A DNA stretch of 46,041 nt from a virus. The position numbers were made by a program, and so were the translations under genes. The first letter of the stretch is position 1, and each line of letters opens with the position of its first letter. Location of the stretch: UHGV virus genome UHGV-0110765; one strand, given 5' to 3'. Below the pieces are notes generated by a model, which worked only from the letters and a program-made list of their open reading frames with translations, was not told the DNA's origin and ran no database searches. Below, piece by piece: positions 9,690-17,797 of this stretch.

Positions 9690-10187
9690 TTAGTATACCT
9701 CATCTACTAATTGACTGTCAACTATTTTTTGTTGTCTTACTTCAGACGCTCTCAATGCTTGTTTTATCTTTGGCATTGCGAATACCATTCCCCCCCATGT
9801 AGGAGATAAGTAGGTAGCTGTCTTAACTTGCTTCTCAAAAATTCTTATATAAGTATAAACTAATACTAGTTCATCCCTTCCAAATGATTTATTATTAGGA
9901 AATACCTTCTTTATAGCCTGTTGGTCTATTTGAAGTCTTGTTGAATATGCATAACCGAACTCGTGGCAAAAATGCTCAAAAGCATATGCAAACTCCCTAA
10001 AATTATACGAATGTTCTTTATTATTTATCTTCTCAACCACTTCAGCCATTATATCAGCCTTTGTTTTTGTAGTCCTTCTTACTTGCTTTAAAGTAAGTTT
10101 ATCACCGTTTGTTTCTACTGTATAGTTTTTAGATACCTTTAAATCTTTGTAAGGCTCTAATAGTTTTATTAAATCTGCAACGTTCAT
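9690..10187 (-). CDS. hypothetical protein, possible replication initiator by position
   Basis: ATG 10187 with GGGGGAA RBS; upstream of loader and helicase. Confidence 0.6.
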   Translation of the reverse strand: MNVADLIKLLEPYKDLKVSKNYTVETNGDKLTLKQVRRTTKTKADIMAEVVEKINNKEHSYNFREFAYAFEHFCHEFGYAYSTRLQIDQQAIKKVFPNNKSFGRDELVLVYTYIRIFEKQVKTATYLSPTWGGMVFAMPKIKQALRASEVRQQKIVDSQLVDEVY

Positions 10188-10246
10188 TTGTATTCCCCCA
10201 TTAAATATGTATCCCCCACAAGTGGGGAGGAGCAATGCTCCTTTTA

Positions 10247-10426
10247 CTATATTATATCCTCGCACCAATCATCATCAATTATAAATTCGCCTATAAGACC
10301 ATCTTTAACTTCTTTACCATCACATTGTGTAACCCATGTTTTTAATGAAATTTGTACCGATAGTGTGTCAAGATGTGATTGTATATCTGGGTCTTTTAAA
10401 TATAATTCTTTTCTAAATACCTTCAT
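10247..10426 (-). CDS. hypothetical protein (59 aa, not in ORF track)
   Basis: MKVFRKELYLKDPDIQ...WCEDII, AGGGGG RBS. Confidence 0.6.
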   Translation of the reverse strand: MKVFRKELYLKDPDIQSHLDTLSVQISLKTWVTQCDGKEVKDGLIGEFIIDDDWCEDII

Positions 10427-10431
10427 AAATG

Positions 10432-10641
10432 TTACCCCCTTATCTTTTTAACTCTTCTTACTAACTCTTCTTCTAATAATGCTTCACACTTTTGGAACTG
10501 CTCCATTATTTCTGATTTCTTTAACACCGACTCTAAATCAGTATTCTCTAAAACCATACCATTATCTAGTCTAGTCCAAGTTCCGTTTATCTCAACTGTC
10601 ATACCTAGTTTAACATCTAATTGTTTTATCTTAAAAGCCAT
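10432..10641 (-). CDS. hypothetical protein
   Basis: GGAGG RBS. Confidence 0.7.
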   Translation of the reverse strand: MAFKIKQLDVKLGMTVEINGTWTRLDNGMVLENTDLESVLKKSEIMEQFQKCEALLEEELVRRVKKIRG

Positions 10642-10652
10642 CTTACTTTTCC

Positions 10653-10680
10653 TCCATTGATATAAATTTAGTTGCTTTAT
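10653..10680. repeat. 28-bp direct repeat, copy 1 (copy 2 at 11314-11341)
   Basis: tccattgatataaatttagttgctttat identical at both sites. Confidence 0.95.
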
Positions 10681-10711
10681 TCTTCATTATGTACTCCTTA
10701 AAATGATATTT

Positions 10712-10882
10712 TTATTTAATAATTTCTGCTATTTGATTATATATATCAATCAATAATTCATCAATTTCTTCTCTTTTATTGTTTAATTCTCCCAAGAATC
10801 CATTATATTCTTCCATTGAAAAATACAATAAGAATTGTTTTAATAACTTTGATTCTTCATCTGTTAGAACTATCCTAACCAT
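10712..10882 (-). CDS. cassette-like small protein (56 aa)
   Basis: MVRIVLTDEESKLL...AEIIK, GGAGG RBS, stop inside the TAAAA-N6-TTTTA site. Confidence 0.65.
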   Translation of the reverse strand: MVRIVLTDEESKLLKQFLLYFSMEEYNGFLGELNNKREEIDELLIDIYNQIAEIIK

Positions 10883-10917
10883 AACCAACCTCCATTTAAT
10901 TAAAAGAATTATTTTAT

Positions 10918-11142
10918 TTAGAATTTACACTCATCAAAATACTCTATGCTATACATATCAGTATGACCTTCATACACTTCTACCGTAATCATATCGTGCG
11001 AATTAACCTCTAATATTTTATATCTTTGTCTTTCTTTTAATCCGAATTCATCTGTATTAGCAATTACATAATCACCTACACCAACTTCTACATTTTCTAA
11101 ATTACTATCATATATATTTAATATTACCTTCATAACTTTCAT
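10918..11142 (-). CDS. cassette-like small protein (possibly SH3-like beta barrel)
   Basis: AAGGAG RBS, bounded by TAAAA-N6-TTTTA sites. Confidence 0.7.
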   Translation of the reverse strand: MKVMKVILNIYDSNLENVEVGVGDYVIANTDEFGLKERQRYKILEVNSHDMITVEVYEGHTDMYSIEYFDECKF

Positions 11143-11162
11143 TTCTCCTTAAAATGATATTT

Positions 11163-11246
11163 TTATTTATACATAAAGTAGCATATTATCCAGCTAACTA
11201 CTCCACTTATTGTTACTGAAATTAAAATTTGCATTAAATCAATCAT
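11163..11246 (-). CDS. cassette-like 27-aa single-pass membrane peptide
   Basis: MIDLMQILISVTISGVVSWIICYFMYK, AAGGAG RBS, stop inside site. Confidence 0.55.
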   Translation of the reverse strand: MIDLMQILISVTISGVVSWIICYFMYK

Positions 11247-11288
11247 AATCTCTCCTTAAAAGAATTAATTTAATTAGTTTTAACTATT

Positions 11289-12176
11289 CTAACGTTCTCC
11301 ACAATTAGTCTCTTCCATTGATATAAATTTAGTTGCTTTATCACAAGTTATTATATTCATTAATAAGGCTGATATTGTAGCCATTCCTGTACCTTTAGTA
11401 TTTGGTGTGCATTTTGTGTGTGCCTTAAACTCTTCTATATCAAAGTCTTGAACTTGTCTACCATCTTCGTACCTAAAACCTACTCCTATAATTGCTTCCA
11501 CATTCATACATTCCATAGGATTTAGTAAACTTCCCATATCTCTCCCAACACAACTAACTATAATATCTGAATGTTGTACTAGTAGTTGCTTATACACTAA
11601 ATCAGTTTGTGTATGTATTTTAACTACTGTAGCACCCTTATGCTCTAACATTTTAGCTAGTGGGTCGGCTACTAGTTTACCTCTACCTATTATTGTTACT
11701 ACTTTACCTTTAACGTCTATTTCATGTTCTTCTAGTAAGAAAGCTACTCCTAATGCTGTACAAGGTCTTATTCCCATGTGGCTACCATCATACAGTAAAC
11801 CTTGGTTAATAGGATTTAAACCATCTGCATCCTTTTCAGGACTAATTGCTGAACATAACCTATCAAAGTCTAAATGCTTGTACACAGGTGCTTGTACCAT
11901 TACTGAAGTGTAGTTGTCTTGTACGTTTAATATGTACTCTTCTAACCATTCTTGAGTTATATTTTCTTCAAAAGGCATTACATCACATTTGATGCCTACT
12001 CTCTCACAAGCCTTTTGTTTCATACTAACATATCTATCAGAAGCCATATCATCTCCTGCTTTTATTATTAATAGAGATATTTCTCTATCTTCAGGTTTAA
12101 CATGTTCCTCTATGTATTGACTTACATAAGTCTCTATTTTGTGTTTTACATTTGTTGCATCTATTAAAGTTGCCAT
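11289..12176 (-). CDS. folD: methylenetetrahydrofolate dehydrogenase/cyclohydrolase (divergent)
   Basis: YVSMK (YxxxK), VQAP, KDADG, PCTALG, GRGKLV, TPNTKGTG matching FolD motifs. Confidence 0.88.
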   Translation of the reverse strand: MATLIDATNVKHKIETYVSQYIEEHVKPEDREISLLIIKAGDDMASDRYVSMKQKACERVGIKCDVMPFEENITQEWLEEYILNVQDNYTSVMVQAPVYKHLDFDRLCSAISPEKDADGLNPINQGLLYDGSHMGIRPCTALGVAFLLEEHEIDVKGKVVTIIGRGKLVADPLAKMLEHKGATVVKIHTQTDLVYKQLLVQHSDIIVSCVGRDMGSLLNPMECMNVEAIIGVGFRYEDGRQVQDFDIEEFKAHTKCTPNTKGTGMATISALLMNIITCDKATKFISMEETNCGER

Positions 12177-12220
12177 ATTTAATTACCTCCAAAATTTTCT
12201 TGTTTCTTATTACATTATTA

Positions 12221-12251
12221 ATAATACATTATAAGGAATTGTCTGTCAATA
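12221..12251 (-). promoter_or_regulatory. folD promoter with conserved TATTGACAGACAATTCC element
   Basis: TTGACA-17bp-TATTAT. Confidence 0.75.
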
Positions 12252-12304
12252 CTTTTTATAAAATATTTTTTAAAAGTTTTACTAACGTAAAAAGAGTTAG
12301 GCTT

Positions 12305-12481
12305 TTACCTAACTCCCCTTAAATATGTATGTATTCTATCTACCTTATCTTCATCTCTAGTATAGTCATCACAAAGTTCTAGTTGATGCTTTTGAGAGTC
12401 AGATAGGTTGCAATGAACTGTTTTACTTTTCTTTGTATTGTATTCTCCATAGTTGCAAGTAGCACAACAGTTTACTATCAT
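12305..12481 (-). CDS. small Cys-containing protein (58 aa)
   Basis: MIVNCCATCNY...C...C, GAGGTG RBS. Confidence 0.55.
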   Translation of the reverse strand: MIVNCCATCNYGEYNTKKSKTVHCNLSDSQKHQLELCDDYTRDEDKVDRIHTYLRGVR

Positions 12482-12482
12482 A

Positions 12483-12662
12483 CTATTTCACCTCTACTTT
12501 TGTAGCGCTAGCTAATGTACCTGCTATTACCCAGCATAACGCTTGTGTAGTATCATGTTCTATTAGTTGTGTTATGATACCCGTTACAAAACACACTAAC
12601 CCTACTATAGTACCAAATACATCTATTGCTTTATTTACTTTTGCTTTATCTAATTTCTTCAT
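12483..12662 (-). CDS. small membrane protein (59 aa)
   Basis: MKKLDKAKVNKAIDVFGTIVGLVCFVTG..., GAGGA RBS. Confidence 0.6.
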   Translation of the reverse strand: MKKLDKAKVNKAIDVFGTIVGLVCFVTGIITQLIEHDTTQALCWVIAGTLASATKVEVK

Positions 12663-12671
12663 AATTTCCTC

Positions 12672-13106
12672 CTATATAAATGGATACTCGTATCTCCATC
12701 TAGTTCTCTTTTTAGTTTGGTTTATCCTTTTACAATTATCTCTAAACCATTGTATTGGGATAGATTTAACTCCCTCAAATGCCTTCTCTAGTGCATCTCC
12801 CGCTATTATATAAGTTTCATCAAATGTCCTAAAGTTAATTATAAAATATGCGTGAAGTCCTAACTTGGATGCTTCTGAAAGTATAGCTAGTTGGTGTTCT
12901 CGTATATTGGCTTTTGGAAGTCGTTTCTCTTTAGTGGTCTTTAACTCTATCATATAACCAGCTACCTTGGAAACTAGTACATAATCGCATGGATTCTTAC
13001 CATATCCCTTACCATCCTTTAGTCTAATCAGGAGCATATTGTCAGGACAACTGTTATAGAAGTCCTGTTCAAATATTTTCCCAACCTTGTTACTAACATT
13101 CGCCAT
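12672..13106 (-). CDS. RecU-like Holliday junction resolvase
   Basis: GKIFE, PCDY, IELKTT, IREHQL. Confidence 0.85.
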   Translation of the reverse strand: MANVSNKVGKIFEQDFYNSCPDNMLLIRLKDGKGYGKNPCDYVLVSKVAGYMIELKTTKEKRLPKANIREHQLAILSEASKLGLHAYFIINFRTFDETYIIAGDALEKAFEGVKSIPIQWFRDNCKRINQTKKRTRWRYEYPFI

Positions 13107-13920
13107 TTTTGATACCTTCCTCTAGTTCGTCTATTTCCTTACATATAGCCTTGTAGGTACAGAACATACACTCTGACTTATCAGAAGGCGGTACAATCTC
13201 CTCTTTAACACACTTGTCCACTAATGCAAGTTTATCTATTACCTGTTGTTTTACTTCTTCAGGTATCTTGTATAATATTGGGTAGTGGCTAGTGAAGTCT
13301 CTATCTTCATAGAAGTATAGTATGTGGTCTACTCCTAAACATAATGCATATGCTGTAGCCTGTAGTATGTGTGGTCTTAAAGGTTTCTTATCTTTTCTTA
13401 TACTAGCAAGTTTCTTGCAAGAGGTTGTTTTAATCTCAAAAATGGCTCTAATACCATCCATTTCAACAAGCCCATCTGCTTGGAAGTATAAGTTATAATC
13501 ATGGTTTACACACCTCGCTTCAGTTTTATCCTCATTCCAATGTAAGAACTCTGACTTTATACCTTTAGCTTGTGCATCTGCTACTGCTGTAGGTATGTCT
13601 ATGTTCTTTATGTAACCTTGTTCTTCCATCTTGAATAATACATTCTGTATTCTCTCATGCCTATCTGTGCCTGATTCAAGTATTCCTACAGAGTTATATA
13701 CCCAAGGGTCTTTCAGGTTTACTTCATCCTTTGGGGCATGAGTTCTCTCAAAGAATATATTTCTAGCACACTTACCTAATGAACTTGGTCTTGTGTATGC
13801 TGATGGATACGGTTGATTCTCTTTACAAGTTAATAGTGCCTTATTGTATAACTCTAAAAACTTACATTCAAATGCTCTCGGACTTGAGAATTCTTTTATT
13901 AAATTATCTAATGTACTCAT
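13093..13920 (-). CDS. Cas4-like PD-(D/E)XK exonuclease with probable Fe-S cluster
   Basis: N-terminal Cys (KCAR), ADG, EIKT, QxxxY, C-terminal CMFCTYKAIC. Confidence 0.85.
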   Translation of the reverse strand: MSTLDNLIKEFSSPRAFECKFLELYNKALLTCKENQPYPSAYTRPSSLGKCARNIFFERTHAPKDEVNLKDPWVYNSVGILESGTDRHERIQNVLFKMEEQGYIKNIDIPTAVADAQAKGIKSEFLHWNEDKTEARCVNHDYNLYFQADGLVEMDGIRAIFEIKTTSCKKLASIRKDKKPLRPHILQATAYALCLGVDHILYFYEDRDFTSHYPILYKIPEEVKQQVIDKLALVDKCVKEEIVPPSDKSECMFCTYKAICKEIDELEEGIKNGEC

Positions 13921-14113
13921 TTAATTCTTCCTCCATATCTTCTAATATTTCCTGTAGCGTATGAAGGAACTTTACTCCATCTGATATTGTTAATAGAGAT
14001 TCTATTTTAGGGATGTACTTTTGAACTGCTTCTTGTCCCCCACATGCTTTTAGAGCTTCTAGCCCTAACTTGATTGATGTTACAATGAACTCTTGGTCTT
14101 TGTCGGAAAGCAC
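13904..14113 (-). CDS. hypothetical protein (start uncertain, near MSNYIV at about 14125)
   Basis: ORF track 13904-14173; coupled to both neighbours. Confidence 0.55.
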   Translation of the reverse strand: MLSDKDQEFIVTSIKLGLEALKACGGQEAVQKYIPKIESLLTISDGVKFLHTLQEILEDMEEELNEYIR

Positions 14114-14120
14114 TATATAA

Positions 14121-14336
14121 TTACTCATACATAGTTTCCTCCAATCTTGTAAAAGTATTGTGTACCTTTTCAATCTGTAACTCTAATGCTGTTCTCATTT
14201 CTGTTGACACTCCCTCTTTAGCCAACGTTTTAAAGTCTACATATAATTTACCCTCTACTGCTATTGCTTTTTCAAATAATCTTATCAAGCCTTGCATATT
14301 TTGCATTACCTCAATAAATAACTTGTCTGAATTCAT
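14121..14336 (-). CDS. hypothetical protein
   Basis: GGGGGAA RBS after promoter. Confidence 0.7.
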   Translation of the reverse strand: MNSDKLFIEVMQNMQGLIRLFEKAIAVEGKLYVDFKTLAKEGVSTEMRTALELQIEKVHNTFTRLEETMYE

Positions 14337-14366
14337 GTTGATTCCCCCTTTATTTAATATAGTATA

Positions 14367-14395
14367 ATATTACCATAAATAAAGGAGGTTGTCAA
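14367..14395 (-). promoter_or_regulatory. sigma-A promoter
   Basis: TTGACA-17bp-TAATAT with extended TG. Confidence 0.75.
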
Positions 14396-14419
14396 CATTT
14401 TATCTAAATTTTATTCGGA

Positions 14420-16708
14420 TTATTCCGAACATTTCCTGTCTTTTCTTCCTGTCCCTAAACAAAAACAACAATCTTCTTGCTGTAGACCTAACTTACCTGT
14501 CCCATCACAATATGTACATATTGGAGATTCGTTATGTTTTAATTCATTAGTACAATCATCTCCTGACCATACTCTAGACATTTCCACATCACACTTTTGT
14601 TTTGTTCCTAATAGATTCTTTGCAGTATCCTTCATTACTTCAGGAAGTAGTTCTGCCATCTCAAGTGCAACTTCGTCTCTACATTCTATAACCATTTCAT
14701 CGTGGATAGTCATTAATATCTTACCACCTAGTTCTTGGAATCTAGGGTGATTGTATAGGTTTACCATAGCTAGTTTCATTACATCAGCACTAGAGCCTTG
14801 TATACGAGCATTTAGACATTGTCTACTAGCTTCTTGATATAAGTAGTTCTCCTTGTCCAATTTCATGTTAGGAAGCCTTCTTTTACGCCCTGTTATAGTG
14901 CATACATAACCTAACTTTTCAGCCTGATACATACTTCTAGTTATTATCTCCTTTATAGAAGGGAATGATTTGTAGAAGTTGTCTATAAGGTCTTGCCCCC
15001 ATTTAGCATCTTTACCAAACTGTTCTGCTATTGCTCTAGCACCTCTAGAATACATTATACCTAACAGAACAGACTTTGTTTGAGTTCTTCTGTCTTTACC
15101 TTCAGGTTGTTTTTCTCCTGTTACAGGATGGAACTCTAGACACTCTTCATAAGGCATATTGAATATTAAACTAGCCATAGATGCATATATGTCTATACCA
15201 TCATTAAAAGTCTTTAGCATTGTAGGGTCTTGTGATACTGTTGCTAGTATTCTTGGCTCTATAGCACTAAAGTCTGACCCTATGAATACATGCCCTTCTC
15301 TTGCTCTAAATATCTTTCTTATATCCTTATTTCTAGAAGGTATCTGCTGTAAGTTTATTTTGTGTATAGGATGACTCGAACTAAATCTACCTGTCTTTGC
15401 TCCTAATTGATTAAAGTTTGTGTGTACAGCATTTGTTTTAGGCTCTCTAGCTTCAGGAATCTTTACTATAAACGAAGATACTAACTTCATAGTTTTTCTC
15501 CACTCCATAAAAGCCTTTAGGAAGTCCTTCTGTCCTTTACTAACCTTATCACTATCTAACCACAGTTGTTGTTGCTCCTTACCACAAGACATTGGGTCTC
15601 TTCTATATAGTTTTGGGAAACCTAATATATCAAAGAATAAATACTTTAGTTGTGGTGCTGAATTGAAGTTTATCTTGTCTTGGTATTCAGTACCTTTAAG
15701 TTTCTTGTTCTTTGCCTGTTTTGCTATTAGTTCCTGTAGTGCAGGATGATTCTTAACCTTATTACCAAATCTAGTGTATATTACATCATATAAGTATTGC
15801 TCCTGCTCTAATGCAAGTTGTGTATACTTAACCTCTAATTCTTTAGCAAACTCTGTATCTATCTCAACTCCTGTCAACTCCATATCACATAGTACAGGAA
15901 GTAGAGCCATCTCTATATCCCTAAATACATGATACAGCTTTTGGAAGTCTCCTCTTTCATGGTCAGGTCTTAAATATTGCTGTTGGAACTTGTATAGTGC
16001 ATATGTCTTTGTACCATCGTTCGCTCCATATACTTCTGCAATATCTAAAGGTATATAGTTAAATGGTGTTTTTTCAAACAAATCTTTGTATGATTGCTTG
16101 TCCTTACTTTTGGCAATATACTTTGCATACAACGGTTTAAGACCATGTGTAGGCTCGTTCTCGTTTAGTATGAATGCCCCTATCATTGTATCCCAATACA
16201 TGTTATTAGGTTTAATGTCCCATCTGTACATAAGGAACTTTGCATCGAATTTTAAGTTGTGGTTTATCCAATGTGCATCACTTTCCATTAGCCTTGTGAT
16301 TTGTTGCTTTACAGTAGCTTCATCTAACTGTCCCTCTACTAATTTATTATCTAGATTAGTATGAAGTATCGGTATATATGCAGGACTTGTGTTTGGTGTA
16401 TATAAACAAATACCTACTATCAAGTCATTGAATGGGTCTAATCCTGTAGTTTCTATATCTAGTACATACTCCCCTTGATTTATGCAATAGTCTATGTAGA
16501 AATCTAATGCATTAACCTCTGTTATTAGACATCCCTTATCTTCTGAATGTATATTGGCTCTTGCATTATCTATAACCTTTGTGTATAGGTTTCTTATTCT
16601 AGTAGTGTGAGTTTGGAACTCTTTTCTACCCATCTCCTGTAGTATTTGTATTTGATTCTTCATACTCTCAACCGTTCTATCTATACAAAATTCTAATTGT
16701 CTTTCCAT
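14420..16708 (-). CDS. family A DNA polymerase with 3'-5' exonuclease
   Basis: Exo DIETTG, HNLKFD, YGAND; TGRFSS, motif A DFSAIEPR, motif B KSVLLGIMY, motif C IHDE. Confidence 0.97.
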   Translation of the reverse strand: MERQLEFCIDRTVESMKNQIQILQEMGRKEFQTHTTRIRNLYTKVIDNARANIHSEDKGCLITEVNALDFYIDYCINQGEYVLDIETTGLDPFNDLIVGICLYTPNTSPAYIPILHTNLDNKLVEGQLDEATVKQQITRLMESDAHWINHNLKFDAKFLMYRWDIKPNNMYWDTMIGAFILNENEPTHGLKPLYAKYIAKSKDKQSYKDLFEKTPFNYIPLDIAEVYGANDGTKTYALYKFQQQYLRPDHERGDFQKLYHVFRDIEMALLPVLCDMELTGVEIDTEFAKELEVKYTQLALEQEQYLYDVIYTRFGNKVKNHPALQELIAKQAKNKKLKGTEYQDKINFNSAPQLKYLFFDILGFPKLYRRDPMSCGKEQQQLWLDSDKVSKGQKDFLKAFMEWRKTMKLVSSFIVKIPEAREPKTNAVHTNFNQLGAKTGRFSSSHPIHKINLQQIPSRNKDIRKIFRAREGHVFIGSDFSAIEPRILATVSQDPTMLKTFNDGIDIYASMASLIFNMPYEECLEFHPVTGEKQPEGKDRRTQTKSVLLGIMYSRGARAIAEQFGKDAKWGQDLIDNFYKSFPSIKEIITRSMYQAEKLGYVCTITGRKRRLPNMKLDKENYLYQEASRQCLNARIQGSSADVMKLAMVNLYNHPRFQELGGKILMTIHDEMVIECRDEVALEMAELLPEVMKDTAKNLLGTKQKCDVEMSRVWSGDDCTNELKHNESPICTYCDGTGKLGLQQEDCCFCLGTGRKDRKCSE

Positions 16709-16733
16709 TACTCTAATCTCCTTTATATTTTAT

Positions 16734-16931
16734 TTACCAATCAAAACTTGTAGTTCTATACCCTTGTTTAAAGCAATATATAGTCTTGTCTTTTTCTGTT
16801 ATTATATCTATACACCTATATAAATTATCTCTAGTATTTACTGATATTGTTTCACCAATTTCATACGAATACTTTGTAATTTGTTCATCTACTAAACCAT
16901 TATATTTTATAAATCTTATATATTTACACAT
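16734..16931 (-). CDS. cassette-like small protein
   Basis: AGGAG RBS, flanked by a site and a half-site. Confidence 0.65.
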   Translation of the reverse strand: MCKYIRFIKYNGLVDEQITKYSYEIGETISVNTRDNLYRCIDIITEKDKTIYCFKQGYRTTSFDW

Positions 16932-16964
16932 TAATATTCACTCCTAAATAAAAATTATATTTCA

Positions 16965-17105
16965 CTAAAAACATATACTTTTGCATTCACAATTATAACA
17001 ATTATGACCTTCTTGATTATCACAATGACATTCTTTTTCTTTATCCGCATCCATACCACATTGTACATAGCAACACTTACCACACTCTGTATTCACTATA
17101 TCCAT
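16965..17105 (-). CDS. 46-aa Cys-rich protein (not in ORF track)
   Basis: MDIVNTECGKCCYVQCG...NCYNCECKSICF, AAGGAG RBS. Confidence 0.6.
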   Translation of the reverse strand: MDIVNTECGKCCYVQCGMDADKEKECHCDNQEGHNCYNCECKSICF

Positions 17106-17138
17106 TACATTCTCCTTTCTGAATAAAACTATTTTATG

Positions 17139-17315
17139 TTATTTATTTCTCTTATCTTCAAAACTGAATGGATTCATTACTCTCCATCTTGAAATGTATT
17201 CGTCTGTATCTAAACATCTTTGTTGACAACCGCATTCACAATTTACGTCAAGTCCTTTTTTGAGTTCTTTTATAGCTATTATTTTCTTGCAATTTAAACA
17301 TTGCACCTTTTCCAT
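17139..17315 (-). CDS. 58-aa zinc-ribbon-like protein (not in ORF track)
   Basis: CLNC...CECG, GGAGG RBS. Confidence 0.6.
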   Translation of the reverse strand: MEKVQCLNCKKIIAIKELKKGLDVNCECGCQQRCLDTDEYISRWRVMNPFSFEDKRNK

Positions 17316-17371
17316 ATTTCTTTATTTCCTCCTATTTTCTTATAAAAGAATTATTTTAAAGATATATTGTT

Positions 17372-17539
17372 TTATAGTATATCTTTAGCTTTCTTTAATA
17401 ATTCTATCAATTCATCTAATTCTTCTTTAAATATATTTATATAACATTCAGTTTCTTTTATCGCTACACAATAAACATCTTCATCATAATTTTCATTTTT
17501 TGAAATTTTATATAATTCGCTTTCTATTGCTTTTATCAT
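17372..17539 (-). CDS. 55-aa cassette-like protein (not in ORF track)
   Basis: MIKAIESELYKI...KAKDIL, GGAGG RBS. Confidence 0.6.
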   Translation of the reverse strand: MIKAIESELYKISKNENYDEDVYCVAIKETECYINIFKEELDELIELLKKAKDIL

Positions 17540-17575
17540 GACTTCCTCCTATTTTCCTTAAAAGTTTTGTTTTAT

Positions 17576-17797
17576 TTATACTATCCTCCCATATTTCTCA
17601 TACATTATATCAGTATAAACATCTAATGTTTCTACAAACTCTTCGTTCCATCTTGTGCTATTTAATAAGTAAGGGTCTAGTTCATCTAGAGATGCTCCCA
17701 TAACCTCTTGGAAGCACTCTAGTGTTTCTTTATCCGTAAAGGTATCATTGTACCATTCAGGATGCCACATGTCTAAATATTCTCTTATTAGTCGCAT
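17576..17797 (-). CDS. acidic hypothetical protein
   Basis: ORF overlapping the upstream gene. Confidence 0.65.
   Translation of the reverse strand: MRLIREYLDMWHPEWYNDTFTDKETLECFQEVMGASLDELDPYLLNSTRWNEEFVETLDVYTDIMYEKYGRIV

Noticed and set aside
13093..13920. CRISPR-associated cas4
   Set aside because: No cas1, cas2 or array; context with RecU and SSB fits a phage recombination exonuclease
5375..16708. Introns or inteins in nrdD, helicase or polymerase
   Set aside because: ORFs are continuous, of normal length and with motifs in order
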